Shown here piece after piece: positions 52,240 to 63,126 of a stretch of 64,000 nt of DNA. The translations under genes were made by a program, and so were the position numbers. Location: the IMG/VR virus record IMGVR_UViG_3300035498_000356, positions 1 through 64,000 of that record; one strand, given 5' to 3'. This stretch comes from a virus (Duplodnaviria; Caudoviricetes). Every line of letters begins with the position of its first letter. The first letter of the stretch is position 1. The notes below the pieces were generated by a model. That model saw only the letters and a program-made list of their open reading frames with translations, had not been told where the DNA came from and did no database searches.

Positions 52240-53895
52240 ATGTTTGATAAGAAAGTTACTTCTCTTATGGAGAATTGTTCAATCGAGAACAAATTTATTA
52301 AGTCTGGACTTATATTAGGTTCAAAGACTCTTTCTGAAGAAGGAGCAGTAAAGTTGTCTACAACAGGAAATGATTTTGTAGATCAATTTGCTTCTATATC
52401 TAAGTACAAGACTCCTAGATCTTATTATGAAGTAGATAAAGATATGAGATTATTATGGAGTCAGAACCCACTTCTTTGTCTAAAGTTATCAGTCTATATT
52501 AGGATGATAACGAGAACTCCTACTTATATTTCTAATAAAAATAAAACTAAGAAGTTTTCAATACAAAAAGGACAAGGATTAAAGAATGAAGGAATTATGA
52601 GAATAATGTGGATAGCTATTAACTATCCTAAAGTATTCTATAAAAATATAACACTTTTCATTGCTGCTGGTTCTTGGAAAGATATTGTAACAATGATGAA
52701 TTGGGATTTACAATTCAATGGATGGAATAATAGAGTTCTTCCATGGAATTTCTTAATGCAGACAATTAGAGCCGGATTAATATGTAATGAAACAACACAT
52801 CTTGTCCGTAAATATCTTCCGACAATTCGCAGTAATAAAAAGTGCACAACTCTTGAATCACAAGCTGATACATTAATTGGTAGATATATAGCTAAAAATC
52901 TATTTCCTAAAGAAGATAAAATTACGCGATATACTGAATATCGTAAATTAAAATCTAAGGGATTAGCACATAAATGGCAACAACAAATTAGTAATCAACT
53001 TTATAATGCAATTGATTTTAATACTATTCCAGGAAAAGCATTGCATTTATTAGTGCACTCCAAATTCTTAAATAACCATAATTTAACAGACAAATATTCT
53101 GAATGGATTAGTAACAAGAAATCTGTTAAATACACTGGATTTGTATTTGAGATATTTAATGATATTAATGGAAATACTGAAAAACATATACTTGATACTG
53201 CTAATGCTCAATTTAATAAATTACTACAACAATGCAATGCATATAGTAAATTATTGCCTATACTAGATAAATCTGGTTCAATGGCTAGTCAATGTATTGG
53301 ATGCAACATGACTGCTTATAATGTAGCTAAAGCAATGGCATTATATTTTTCTAGTTGTTTAACTGGACAATTTACTAATGTATATGGTGAGTTTAATAAT
53401 AAATGCGAATTACGTAAATGGAAAGGTGAAACTGCAACAGACAAGTGGATTAATGCTGGAAACAATATAGCATATGGATCTACTAATTTTGAATCTGTGA
53501 TTGATTTATTAATAGAGATTAAAGAAGCAGGTGTAGATGAATCAGAATTCCCAGAGGGCATATTATGCTTGAGCGACGGCGAATATTCGGATTTTAATCA
53601 TAGAAATGAAACTATGTTTAAAGTTTCTATTAATAAATTAAAGCTAGCAGGGTTTTCTGATGAATATGTCAATAACTTTAAAGTAATACTATGGGATATT
53701 CCTAATTATTTTTATAGTTCTCACCCTGAAACTAAATATGAATCATATGCAAATTGTCCTAATATGTTTCATATGTCAGGATTTGATGCTTCGATTATTA
53801 GTTTCTTGCTTGAAGGCAATATAAATCCATGTAATTCTAAAGAACTATTTTTATCTTGTATGAATCAAGAGTTATTAAATAAATTAACAATATGA
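52240..53895 (+). CDS. TROVE/Ro60-like helical protein with C-terminal vWA domain (DUF2828-like)
   Basis: STTGNDFVDQF, GQGLKNE, GSWKDI; MIDAS DKSGSM..GSTNF..LSDGE; SGFD. Confidence 0.75.
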   Translation: MFDKKVTSLMENCSIENKFIKSGLILGSKTLSEEGAVKLSTTGNDFVDQFASISKYKTPRSYYEVDKDMRLLWSQNPLLCLKLSVYIRMITRTPTYISNKNKTKKFSIQKGQGLKNEGIMRIMWIAINYPKVFYKNITLFIAAGSWKDIVTMMNWDLQFNGWNNRVLPWNFLMQTIRAGLICNETTHLVRKYLPTIRSNKKCTTLESQADTLIGRYIAKNLFPKEDKITRYTEYRKLKSKGLAHKWQQQISNQLYNAIDFNTIPGKALHLLVHSKFLNNHNLTDKYSEWISNKKSVKYTGFVFEIFNDINGNTEKHILDTANAQFNKLLQQCNAYSKLLPILDKSGSMASQCIGCNMTAYNVAKAMALYFSSCLTGQFTNVYGEFNNKCELRKWKGETATDKWINAGNNIAYGSTNFESVIDLLIEIKEAGVDESEFPEGILCLSDGEYSDFNHRNETMFKVSINKLKLAGFSDEYVNNFKVILWDIPNYFYSSHPETKYESYANCPNMFHMSGFDASIISFLLEGNINPCNSKELFLSCMNQELLNKLTI

Positions 53896-54101
53896 AGTTA
53901 ACAAATACACAAGTAGGAGGTATCATATATCTCCTACTTTCTTTATTTTGGATGATATATGCAATAATATTTAAATATGATTTATTGTTGATACTACTTC
54001 CAATTCTTATTCCTATATATTTATTTATTTTTGCATTAATAATTTGTAGCTTAATGGCAGTAATTGCTATAATTATTTCATTATGTAGAAGATATGATTA
54101 A
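53892..54101 (+). CDS. Small membrane protein
   Basis: Highly hydrophobic. Confidence 0.6.
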   Translation: MKLTNTQVGGIIYLLLSLFWMIYAIIFKYDLLLILLPILIPIYLFIFALIICSLMAVIAIIISLCRRYD

Positions 54102-54363
54102 AGTAGGAGAAATTCAAGGACATGATGTAATTTATGTTCCTGAACGTAATCAAATATTCTGTAAAAATACTTCTGTTAATTTTGATTTAATAGAAAGAAT
54201 TATACTTAAACAACAAAAGTTAATGGATGAGATTAAAGAAAAGAATCTCACTATTACAAAAAATGGAAGTTTGGTAACATTGGGATGTTTGACTACAACA
54301 TTAAGTAATTGTAAACAGATTAATAAAACAGTTAAAAACATAAGAAAAAATGAGAAAAAGTAA
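54094..54363 (+). CDS. Hypothetical protein
   Basis: Track ORF, overlaps neighbours. Confidence 0.65.
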   Translation: MIKVGEIQGHDVIYVPERNQIFCKNTSVNFDLIERIILKQQKLMDEIKEKNLTITKNGSLVTLGCLTTTLSNCKQINKTVKNIRKNEKK

Positions 54364-55801
54364 CCCTATTTTCAAACAGAAAGTTAGTAAATACGAGCAA
54401 TCAATGAAGGAAAAGTTCGTAGAAATTATGAACAATCCTAACACTAAATATGCTGATTGCCTTGATTACATTCAGAATGAAATTGACCAATCTAGAAAGA
54501 TGGCCAATCTTCAATATTCAATTCCGTGTTTTAGGAACGATGGTGTATATCAACTTAATCAAGCTATTAGTGAAGTATTTGGTTCTACTACATCTAAAGA
54601 GAATGATAACCCTTCAGGAGATAGTAATGTATCTACAGTAGATATTACTCTTGCAGATGGAACTAGAATTAAAGCCCCTTTTGGTGATATTTCACTTTCT
54701 GGACTTGGAGATGATTCTTATATCAACATTAATTATGATTATGATAAGCATACACTAGAAGTAACTGGAAAATGTCAATTTAAGTTTTCTTCTCTAATGG
54801 ATGATATTATAGAAGTTACTAAAAGAAATATTTCTCAGAATTCTATTTATAAAGGTCAAGCTTTAGAAATTACTGATATTAATGAACCTAAAATACTTAA
54901 CCTTGATAACATAGATAACCAACTTCTTATCCTGTCTGATAAAACTAAATATGATCTAAAGCCTATTAGAGCTAGACTTTTGAATCCTCAGAAGTGTTTA
55001 GATAAAGGAGTTCCGCTTAAATATGGAGCTTTGCTATCTGGAAATTATGGAACCGGCAAGACTCTCGTAGCTTTTAAGCTAGCAAAGCTTGCTGTGGATA
55101 ATGGATGGATATTTATCTATCTTAAAGACCCTAAATTACTTGCAGAATCACTTCGAATGTCCAAAATTATTGATAAATCTGGATATGGCGTAGTGATTTT
55201 TACAGAGGATATTGATCAGGTAATTCGTGGCAATCGTGATGCTGCTATGCAAGATATTCTTAATACTCTCGATGGTGGTGATACGAAAGACATGAATGTA
55301 ATTAGTTTGTTTACAACTAATCATATTGAATTGATTGAACCTACTTTCTTACGTGGTAAGAGAATTAGTTCAATTATTGAAATGGGTGCTCTTGATGCTA
55401 AAACAGCAGAAGAATTTATTCGTGCGTCATTTGAATCTGGATGTTACACTATTCAAGATGATTTGACAGAAGTATGTCAATACATTGAGAAAGCTAACAT
55501 TGTTCCAGCATTCATGGCTGATATTATTGAACGAGTTAAAGCAATGATGATTCTTAGTGATCAATGTTTTGTTGATCCCAAGGAGATTAAATATTCTGTT
55601 GACTCTTACATGCATCATGTTGAATTATCTAAGATTAAGGATTTATCAATAACTCCTGAAAAGCAGTTTGTAGATTCACTTAGACAAATTTTAGATACTG
55701 ATAAAGATGATGCTCGCATTAAAGGAATCCTAGAAATGACTGGTGTGCATATGGATGAAGATCCAGATGATTATTTACCATCAGCTTATAAAATTAGGTA
55801 A
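54350..55801 (+). CDS. AAA+ ATPase
   Basis: GNYGTGKT, IFTEDID, LNTLDG, TTNH..LRGKR. Confidence 0.9.
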   Translation: MRKSNPIFKQKVSKYEQSMKEKFVEIMNNPNTKYADCLDYIQNEIDQSRKMANLQYSIPCFRNDGVYQLNQAISEVFGSTTSKENDNPSGDSNVSTVDITLADGTRIKAPFGDISLSGLGDDSYININYDYDKHTLEVTGKCQFKFSSLMDDIIEVTKRNISQNSIYKGQALEITDINEPKILNLDNIDNQLLILSDKTKYDLKPIRARLLNPQKCLDKGVPLKYGALLSGNYGTGKTLVAFKLAKLAVDNGWIFIYLKDPKLLAESLRMSKIIDKSGYGVVIFTEDIDQVIRGNRDAAMQDILNTLDGGDTKDMNVISLFTTNHIELIEPTFLRGKRISSIIEMGALDAKTAEEFIRASFESGCYTIQDDLTEVCQYIEKANIVPAFMADIIERVKAMMILSDQCFVDPKEIKYSVDSYMHHVELSKIKDLSITPEKQFVDSLRQILDTDKDDARIKGILEMTGVHMDEDPDDYLPSAYKIR

Positions 55802-55844
55802 TAAAATATGCAAAATTTAGGTAATTAGAAATAGTTATCTAAAT

Positions 55845-55875
55845 TTTGCACTTTGATAAAAAATGTGTATATTTG
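55845..55875 (+). promoter_or_regulatory. Bacteroidetes promoter
   Basis: TTTG...TATATTTG upstream of 55901. Confidence 0.55.
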
Positions 55876-55900
55876 AAACATAATTTAAAAACTTTATATT

Positions 55901-56194
55901 ATGGATTCAATAACTTATAGAGATTTAGAAATAAATCAAAATCGGAAAACGTGTTATGTTGGAGGATCCGAAGTATTTCTAACTAAAAAAGAGTATGAGT
56001 TGTTGAAATACTTTATGGAGCATCCAGATTATGTTTATTCACGTAAAGAATTAACTTCTGAACTATGGTCAGAAAAAAGTAATGATAGAGTAATAGATAT
56101 TACAATATCTAGACTTAGAAAAAAAATTCCCAAGTATAGTAAAAACTTAAAAACAAGAGTTGGATTTGGGTATTATTTCGATTCTGAAAATTAA
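55901..56194 (+). CDS. Stand-alone OmpR/PhoB-type winged-helix DNA-binding domain
   Basis: LTKKEYELL..VYSRKEL..W..RVIDITISRLRKKI..TRVGFGY. Confidence 0.88.
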   Translation: MDSITYRDLEINQNRKTCYVGGSEVFLTKKEYELLKYFMEHPDYVYSRKELTSELWSEKSNDRVIDITISRLRKKIPKYSKNLKTRVGFGYYFDSEN

Positions 56195-56311
56195 ATTATA
56201 GTTATAAGAATACTTACAGCAAATTAATTACTTGCTAAAAATTACTATTGGTTGTAAATAAATAATAGTATTCTTTATTTAAGTAAATCATTATTTAATC
56301 TTATTATCTAA

Positions 56312-58228
56312 ATGTCTTACAATAAACAAAACGAATAGCCTAATTTTAATTACGAAATAGGAAATTTTTATAATCCTACATGGCTTCCTGAAATAACTAT
56401 ATATGGATAGAGACCTTTACCTTGGAGTACAAGGGCTTTTAATAATGTAGGTAGGTTTTTTAACAAAATACTCCTTAACAAAAATAATATTCGTGTAAGA
56501 AATGCTATGACACATCCTAAAGCAATGAATGCAGTGCAAGAGGGAGGTAATATAGCAGGAGCAATTGCTGTTGCCCCACTTGCAGCATATACGGCTGTTC
56601 AAGCAGCTCCAGTAATCATGCCAGCACTTAAGGTAGCAGGATAGGCTATGACTCCTTCAACATGGATTGGAGGATTATCACAAGCTGCTGGCTATTAGGC
56701 ACCTGCTTGGATGCTAAATGGAGCTGACTTAGCTTTATCAGCATATTTCGCTAACGAAGCTGGTAAAGACATAGACCAAAATGGACTAACTTGGAGAACT
56801 GGACTTAATGCTTTAATGTCGTTAGCTCCATTTACAAAAGAGACTGAGGCAATTAATGGTGTTGCTAATACTGTTAAGAAACCTATGTCTGCTGTAAATT
56901 CAGTAGTTGATGATTTTAGAGCAGCAAGGAATGCAGTTAGTAAACCAGAAACTGCACTTGCAAGAGGATTATAGTTGAGTAAGAATACTTCTTCTCCTAT
57001 ATATGAGAAATAGATATTGACTGCTAATTAGTATGGAGTTAAGGATTAGAACGGATTCTATATCCAATAGCGTTTTGATGGTCCATTCCTAAACGAAGAT
57101 TTAGAATGGATAGCACATAACTTTAATTCTGGTGCTTTAAAAAAGGACAATATTGGTACATATAGACATTTCAAGTTAGGAGACTTAGAGAAATTTAAGC
57201 TTCGTTATAATGGAGGAGAAACCTTTACTCTAGAATAGAGACTGTATAATCCAAGCTCTAAGACCGAAGAATGGTATGAAGTAATGAACGGGCCAATCGG
57301 AGAAATTAGAGGATATATGGAATAGGTTAGGAACAATACTATGAAGAATGCTTCTCCAATTCAAAAGGAATTAATAAATCACTACGATGCTGTTAAAGAA
57401 TATGAAAGCGGAACTCGCCTTAATGAATATACATCTTTTCCAGAAGTTACAAATGAAGTTAAAAAAAATTTATAGAATGATATAGATAATTTCTATATGA
57501 GTCCAGAATATATGGATAAGTTAGAAACTCAAATAAGGGAGAATCCAGACATAAAGATGATACCTAACTTGAAAAATGAGTTCTATTCTGAATTAACTGA
57601 TTTAAAAGATAATACTATTCCTGTAGCATATGGAACCACAAACTAGAATAGTGGCATGTCACAAACTCTTGTATATTCAATTGAAGACCCGAATACTGGT
57701 GAATTACTTGGGTTTGAAGAAGAACCTTATATAGGAATAAATGTAAACCATCATAAATTTGATTTTCCAGAGTTTACTATAACTCATGAGAATGGTCACA
57801 ACATGTGGAGAGAATCAAAAGACTATAATTCAGATAGATTCCCTGTATTTAGTGCCATAACTGAATTAAACAAGAGAAACTTTGGAGATCCTAGATAGTA
57901 TGCTCGTTTAGAGGCTGTAATTGTAAATGATGATGCACAAATAAAGTATATGACTGATGTTAATGAATTCTCCTAGAGAATAAGAGAAGGAATTAAGGAT
58001 GGCATTTTAAAAGGATATTCTCCAGAATAGATCTATAATGAATCTCCAGTATTTGAAAGAACATTTTTAAAAAAGTGGTATCCAAAAGATTATTTAATAA
58101 AGGCTTTAAGTACTGGATTAGGATTAACACCAATATTAAATAACAATTCGATGGAAAAGATTAACGAAACTCCTGTGTGGGATGCTCCAAATAATAATGA
58201 ACAGACCAAAGAGGAAGACAAATATTAA
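56312..58228 (+). CDS. Cargo-like protein with hydrophobic N-half and zincin HExxH (638 aa, TAG-recoded)
   Basis: Track ORFs 56711 and 57656 are in frame across many TAGs; ITHENGH; TAA at 58226. Confidence 0.75.
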
Positions 58229-58325
58229 AATCAGGTTCTAAGTTTTGCAACAGTCGGTGAAAGACCGAATAAAGTGAAAACTTAGCATTCCTTCTATTCT
58301 CTGTATATCAAAGTGGGAGGTGATT

Positions 58326-58410
58326 GCCAGAATGATGAAATAGGTAGACATAGAAGATTTAAAATCTTCTGATTATTATAATCGTGCGGGTTCGAGTCCC
58401 GCTTCTGGTA
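58326..58410 (+). tRNA. tRNA-Leu (UAA)
   Basis: GAAGA-TT-TAA-AA-TCTTC; long variable arm; GCGGG-TTCGAGT-CCCGC. Confidence 0.9.
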
Positions 58411-58458
58411 CTAAATTAATACAATTAAATTATGAATGGAAAATAAATTTGATTTACA

Positions 58459-58731
58459 ATGAAAAGGCAGAATTATAATTATAAAATTCTCGAAACAATT
58501 CAAAATAAGCTTCCTGAATTTGAAGCTTATTATGATGAAATTGAGAATTACATTGAGAAATGTCCTCAACAACGTTTTGGACAAATACTTTGTAATTATA
58601 TATGTTGGGATTATAGAGATAAACAATGCGATTGGGAACATCGTAAGTTATTAAATACTATATTTCCTAATAATCCTGATCCATTTTTTGAAGAAAGTAG
58701 TGAAACATATTTAAGATTAAATGAAGAATGA
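58459..58731 (+). CDS. Hypothetical protein
   Basis: PQQRFGQIL...DPFFEES motif. Confidence 0.7.
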   Translation: MKRQNYNYKILETIQNKLPEFEAYYDEIENYIEKCPQQRFGQILCNYICWDYRDKQCDWEHRKLLNTIFPNNPDPFFEESSETYLRLNEE

Positions 58732-58942
58732 AATATTGACTTTAGAAGAAATTCTAAAAGAGCCGTTGAAGAAAAATATTAAACATAATTTTTCTGATAA
58801 ATTTGGTAAAATTGTCTATTATGATTATAATGGTATTTGTAAAACAGGTACACTTATAGGATTAGTAGACAATAATTATATTATAGAGAAAGAAGGAATT
58901 AAAACTTATTTACCATTATGGAAATCAATAAGCCTACTTTAA
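58721..58942 (+). CDS. Hypothetical protein
   Basis: Track ORF. Confidence 0.6.
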   Translation: MKNEILTLEEILKEPLKKNIKHNFSDKFGKIVYYDYNGICKTGTLIGLVDNNYIIEKEGIKTYLPLWKSISLL

Positions 58943-59175
58943 TTACATGTGCTTGTCAAAGTCCTGAACACATAATGTTAGCCGATTTTGATGAAGATAA
59001 TAACTTAGTATTTTTAAGTGTACATCTTTGTCCAGAAAGAAATATATTTAAAAGAATTTGGAAAGCTATTAAATATATTTTTGGTCATATTTGTATTTAT
59101 GGAACATTTGATGAATTTGTAATAGATAATTCAAATGTAAATGAGTTTAAAGAAATAATTAATTTTATAAAATAA
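58918..59175 (+). CDS. Hypothetical protein
   Basis: CAC..PEH; RIWKAIKYIFG. Confidence 0.7.
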   Translation: MEINKPTLITCACQSPEHIMLADFDEDNNLVFLSVHLCPERNIFKRIWKAIKYIFGHICIYGTFDEFVIDNSNVNEFKEIINFIK

Positions 59176-59549
59176 TGCGCTTATATTCTACAAATAAAGA
59201 TCCTTATATAGCTGAAGATGATATAATGTGCTATAAGATATTATTTACAGATAATAATGAATTACGTTCTCCTTATCAGTTTTTTAAATTTGAAAGAAAA
59301 ATTAGATATGATAATTCTGATGAACCAAGAATATCAAAAACTGAGGATAATAAATATGAAATTTCCTTTGGATATTTTCATGCATATTCAAATGTAAATA
59401 CAGCAATATCACGTTGTTTAGCAATAGATAATGATATGTCATGTAATGCTCTATTACCAAAAGTATTTATTGCAATAATACCTAAAGGTTCAAAATATTA
59501 TAAAGGAGAAGATGAAGATATATGTTCTGATTCAATAATAATTATATAA
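59175..59549 (+). CDS. Hypothetical protein
   Basis: AEDDIMCYK..SPY..GYFHAY..IIPKGSKYY motif. Confidence 0.7.
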   Translation: MRLYSTNKDPYIAEDDIMCYKILFTDNNELRSPYQFFKFERKIRYDNSDEPRISKTEDNKYEISFGYFHAYSNVNTAISRCLAIDNDMSCNALLPKVFIAIIPKGSKYYKGEDEDICSDSIIII

Positions 59550-59584
59550 TCAATTTAATTAAGAATATACGTTAGTTTCCTATT

Positions 59585-59998
59585 ATGGAAAATATAGATC
59601 TAAAAGTTGATAAGTATTATGTTGATGATTTAAGAGATGATTTGATGGTCAATACTGATTTAGATTTATATGAATTTATTGGTAATGACCCTGTAAGAGC
59701 GTTTTATTTAGGAATAAATATGCGTAATTGGTTTAATGAATTAGATAAAGGCCAACAATATTTATATTCTAAACAGCTTAGACACAACAAAGATGATCTG
59801 GAAAAATATGAGAATCAAATTAAGTTTTGGACTGATAAATATCCAGAAAAAGGTGAAGTTAATTTAGCAGAACTTGCTGAATATATAATGAATAATCTTT
59901 TTTATGACGAAGAAACAGAGGAATCAGATAAAGTCAAATTTGGTTTCTTTTTTGGTGATATGATTGCTCAATCTTCAAAAACTTCACAAGATGAATAA
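59585..59998 (+). CDS. Hypothetical protein
   Basis: Track ORF. Confidence 0.65.
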   Translation: MENIDLKVDKYYVDDLRDDLMVNTDLDLYEFIGNDPVRAFYLGINMRNWFNELDKGQQYLYSKQLRHNKDDLEKYENQIKFWTDKYPEKGEVNLAELAEYIMNNLFYDEETEESDKVKFGFFFGDMIAQSSKTSQDE

Positions 59999-60419
59999 TA
60001 TTACTATTTACACAGATGGCGCTTATTCTCCTCTACGAGACCAAGGAGGTATAGGATTAGTAATTCTATATAATGATAAGAAATTATTAGAATATTCTAA
60101 TACTTATTATCATACAAGTAATAATCAAATGGAGGTAGGAGCTGTAATAATAGCTTTACGATTAATTAAGAAACCATGTGAATCCATTGAAATTCACACT
60201 GATTCCCAATATGTTATCGGATGTGGTACATTAGGTTGGAAACGTAGAAAGAATGGAAAACTATGGCAAGAATTTGATAATCAAATTAAAAGAGTTAATC
60301 AATTATGTCCTAATATAAAGTTTATTCATGTAAAAGGACATCAAAATGATGACTCTGAATCTACTAAATGGAATAATATAGTAGATAAACTTGCTGTCCA
60401 AGCGTCACAGACAGTTTAA
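59991..60419 (+). CDS. rnhA: Ribonuclease HI
   Basis: IYTDGA, SNNQMEV, TDSQYV, HVKGH, N..VDKLA. Confidence 0.92.
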   Translation: MNNITIYTDGAYSPLRDQGGIGLVILYNDKKLLEYSNTYYHTSNNQMEVGAVIIALRLIKKPCESIEIHTDSQYVIGCGTLGWKRRKNGKLWQEFDNQIKRVNQLCPNIKFIHVKGHQNDDSESTKWNNIVDKLAVQASQTV

Positions 60420-60424
60420 TTTTT

Positions 60425-60805
60425 ATGAAGTATTTTTTAACTCTGTTGTTAAGTTTGTTTTTCTTAACATCATTCGCTGAGCAACCTTCATTTATGTCTT
60501 TAGGACCTAAAGAAGGCTTATGGGAAGCTTTAGAATATTACAATATCCATAATAAGGAAATTGTATATGCTCAAGCTGTTCTGGAAACTGGACACTTTAA
60601 ATACACAAATAATAATAATTTATTTGGCATTAAAAGTGGTAAACATTATCGTAAGTTTAAACATTGGTCAGAAAGTGTTGAAGCTTATAAAAATCTTATT
60701 CAATCTAGGCATAAACCTGGAGAAAATTATTATCATTTTTTAGAAAGAATTAGATATGCAGAAGCTAAAGCATATACGAGATTACTTCGTCAAATTGCTA
60801 AATAG
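60425..60805 (+). CDS. Glucosaminidase (GH73)-like protein with signal peptide
   Basis: AQAVLETG..NNLFGI..F.HWSESV.AY..YAE..Y. Confidence 0.8.
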   Translation: MKYFLTLLLSLFFLTSFAEQPSFMSLGPKEGLWEALEYYNIHNKEIVYAQAVLETGHFKYTNNNNLFGIKSGKHYRKFKHWSESVEAYKNLIQSRHKPGENYYHFLERIRYAEAKAYTRLLRQIAK

Positions 60806-61283
60806 CAATATCATCGGAAGTATTCAAGGGTATGTTAAAGAATTTAAAACTAACTTTAAATATACAATTGAAGGCTATAAACGATGGTTTGATTATAGAA
60901 GATTAGTAATTCACGACTTCTATGATTTTGACTACTCTAGTATTCTATTAGCTGAACAATATCAAATTAAGCGAGTGCGGGATTCAATTATTAAATATCA
61001 AACTCATGTATCATGGGAAAGAGATGTTGAAAAAATGAATCTTGCACTTTCTTTATTGGATATTATTCTTGATAATGTAGATATACTTGAGATAGGCGAA
61101 GGTCCGTGGAAGAAAGGTAAATGGAAACTACTTAAATATGTAAACACTAGAAACCTTTATAGATTTACAGACTTTGATGTTCCTAAATTACCTGAAATTA
61201 CAGCCAAAAATCTATATTACGAAAAAGCTTGGTATCTTTATTTTGAACTTAGAAAAGAATTTACACGTAATTGGTGGGATTAA
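60756..61283 (+). CDS. Hypothetical protein
   Basis: DFDY...WWD ending. Confidence 0.65.
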   Translation: MQKLKHIRDYFVKLLNSNIIGSIQGYVKEFKTNFKYTIEGYKRWFDYRRLVIHDFYDFDYSSILLAEQYQIKRVRDSIIKYQTHVSWERDVEKMNLALSLLDIILDNVDILEIGEGPWKKGKWKLLKYVNTRNLYRFTDFDVPKLPEITAKNLYYEKAWYLYFELRKEFTRNWWD

Positions 61284-61286
61284 AAT

Positions 61287-61730
61287 ATGGAAAAGTTAAC
61301 AAACGCTGAAGTTAAAGCATTGACTAATCAAGTAATAAAAGAGCTTGAAAATTATCAAGAAAGAAAGAGGAAAGAAAATATGGATAAATATCAACCTAGT
61401 GATACTTATCTAAAACTTGATGCTTTGCTTAAAGAATACAAGAGGTCCAATGATGTAATAGAAGCTATGCAAAAAATAGCAAAAGAGAGTTATGATAAAA
61501 TTCAAAAACTCTCTAAAGAAGCTACTAATAATAAGTATTGGATTAATTGTGGAGATGCTAATCATGTTCTTAATATGCAAAAAGAATACGAATGCACTCC
61601 TAAAATACCTGATAGAGAAACAATTAAAGATGATATTATAATATCTTCTATTGGTTGTGAGCAAAGTGGATTTGCTGAGAATATTATTAGACGTATTGTA
61701 AATAAATACATAAAGTATGGTAATAAATGA
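61287..61730 (+). CDS. Hypothetical protein
   Basis: Track ORF. Confidence 0.65.
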   Translation: MEKLTNAEVKALTNQVIKELENYQERKRKENMDKYQPSDTYLKLDALLKEYKRSNDVIEAMQKIAKESYDKIQKLSKEATNNKYWINCGDANHVLNMQKEYECTPKIPDRETIKDDIIISSIGCEQSGFAENIIRRIVNKYIKYGNK

Positions 61731-62001
61731 ATCTGATTTTCGATTAACTTTAATTAAAGATACAAGTGGTATTTTTGATTTAGAGTTATTAAAGACAATC
61801 AATAAAGGGAAAGAGAATGAAAGGCAAGAATTTGCTAATGTAGCTTATGGAGTATCTTTAGATACAGCAATTAAATATATTGCTAACTATAGAATACAAA
61901 ATAAGTTAGAATCCTCTAACCTGGAAACATACTTAACCGAATATAGAAACATTGTAAAAGAAATAACTGATTGTGTTAGAAAGATTACTGAACTCCCTTA
62001 A
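61717..62001 (+). CDS. Hypothetical protein
   Basis: Track ORF. Confidence 0.65.
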   Translation: MVINESDFRLTLIKDTSGIFDLELLKTINKGKENERQEFANVAYGVSLDTAIKYIANYRIQNKLESSNLETYLTEYRNIVKEITDCVRKITELP

Positions 62002-62452
62002 TTCATTATGTGAATTTTTAGAAGAAGTATATGAAATAAATGAAGGAGGATGTTGTTTTGTAGCTATGGAATTAGCTAAACAATTTGATAAACTTCATAT
62101 TAAATATGAACTCGTTGTTTATGATACAGAAGAGCGTAGTCAATTTGAAATTGAAGATGAGATTCGGAATAAGCATCGAAATAGTATGCATCGTAGGCAT
62201 TGTATAACTGGAACTGGAACATGTTATCATTATTGTTTGAAAGTAGGAGATACTTTCATTAATGATACTGATCGAGAAGTATATGGTTACTTAATTCCAG
62301 ATGTTGATGCATCTAATATATCGTATATTTACAAAAATGGATTGTGGAATGATTTATATAACAAAAATCATAACAAAACAGTTAGAAGTCTAATAAAATC
62401 ATTCTTTAAAGAGTATGAAGATATTGATTTCAAAAATGTATGTCTAGATTAG
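61973..62452 (+). CDS. Hypothetical protein, possible papain/transglutaminase-like (GGC..H..D)
   Basis: INEGGCCFVA...HYCLKVGDTFIND. Confidence 0.55.
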   Translation: MLERLLNSLNSLCEFLEEVYEINEGGCCFVAMELAKQFDKLHIKYELVVYDTEERSQFEIEDEIRNKHRNSMHRRHCITGTGTCYHYCLKVGDTFINDTDREVYGYLIPDVDASNISYIYKNGLWNDLYNKNHNKTVRSLIKSFFKEYEDIDFKNVCLD

Positions 62453-62492
62453 ACATGCCAATTAAATATTCACAATGTAATAATTTACACGT

Positions 62493-62885
62493 ATGAAAAA
62501 GAATGTAAAATCAGAGAGAGTTAATGTAAGAAATGATAATGAAATGCGTTTAAATGGCTTCTTTAGGCCTTTTGAACAAGCTAAACGAGATGTATCAGTA
62601 TGGTCAAAAACTGATAATGATCGTAAACTCTTGAAACGATTGAAACATAGCATGAAAGGAGATTGGCATTTTCATGCTATTCCTAGACCGAGACCTTTGT
62701 GTAAAGCTAAACTTATTGTAAGACTAAAGAATAATAAGAAATTTAAGAAATCTGTTTATTCTTTTGAATGTTTTGATACTGAAATTAATGATTTGATTGC
62801 TTCATTTGGACATGTAAATAAAAATGGGTATCACGTTTCTCCAGTAATTAGTTATTCATTTAATGGAAAATATCATCACGTATAG
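62493..62885 (+). CDS. Basic hypothetical protein
   Basis: Track ORF. Confidence 0.65.
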   Translation: MKKNVKSERVNVRNDNEMRLNGFFRPFEQAKRDVSVWSKTDNDRKLLKRLKHSMKGDWHFHAIPRPRPLCKAKLIVRLKNNKKFKKSVYSFECFDTEINDLIASFGHVNKNGYHVSPVISYSFNGKYHHV

Positions 62886-63126
62886 ATATAATAATGAACA
62901 ATTAATAGAAATGCCATATTATTTATATGAATTTTCTTATTATGAATTATTTAAGAATGGATGTAGAAGTATAGATAGTAAGTTTATAAAATCAAATAAA
63001 CCACTTAGTATTTCCGATTATTCTAAAATTAATTCTAAAGTTGTTCGTTTTGTCTCTTTATTAGGTGCTCCATTATCTTACATAAAAGAATTAAAATTAC
63101 CAATATTTAAATTAAAGAAGAAATGA
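62863..63126 (+). CDS. Hypothetical protein
   Basis: Track ORF. Confidence 0.55.
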   Translation: MENIITYRYNNEQLIEMPYYLYEFSYYELFKNGCRSIDSKFIKSNKPLSISDYSKINSKVVRFVSLLGAPLSYIKELKLPIFKLKKK

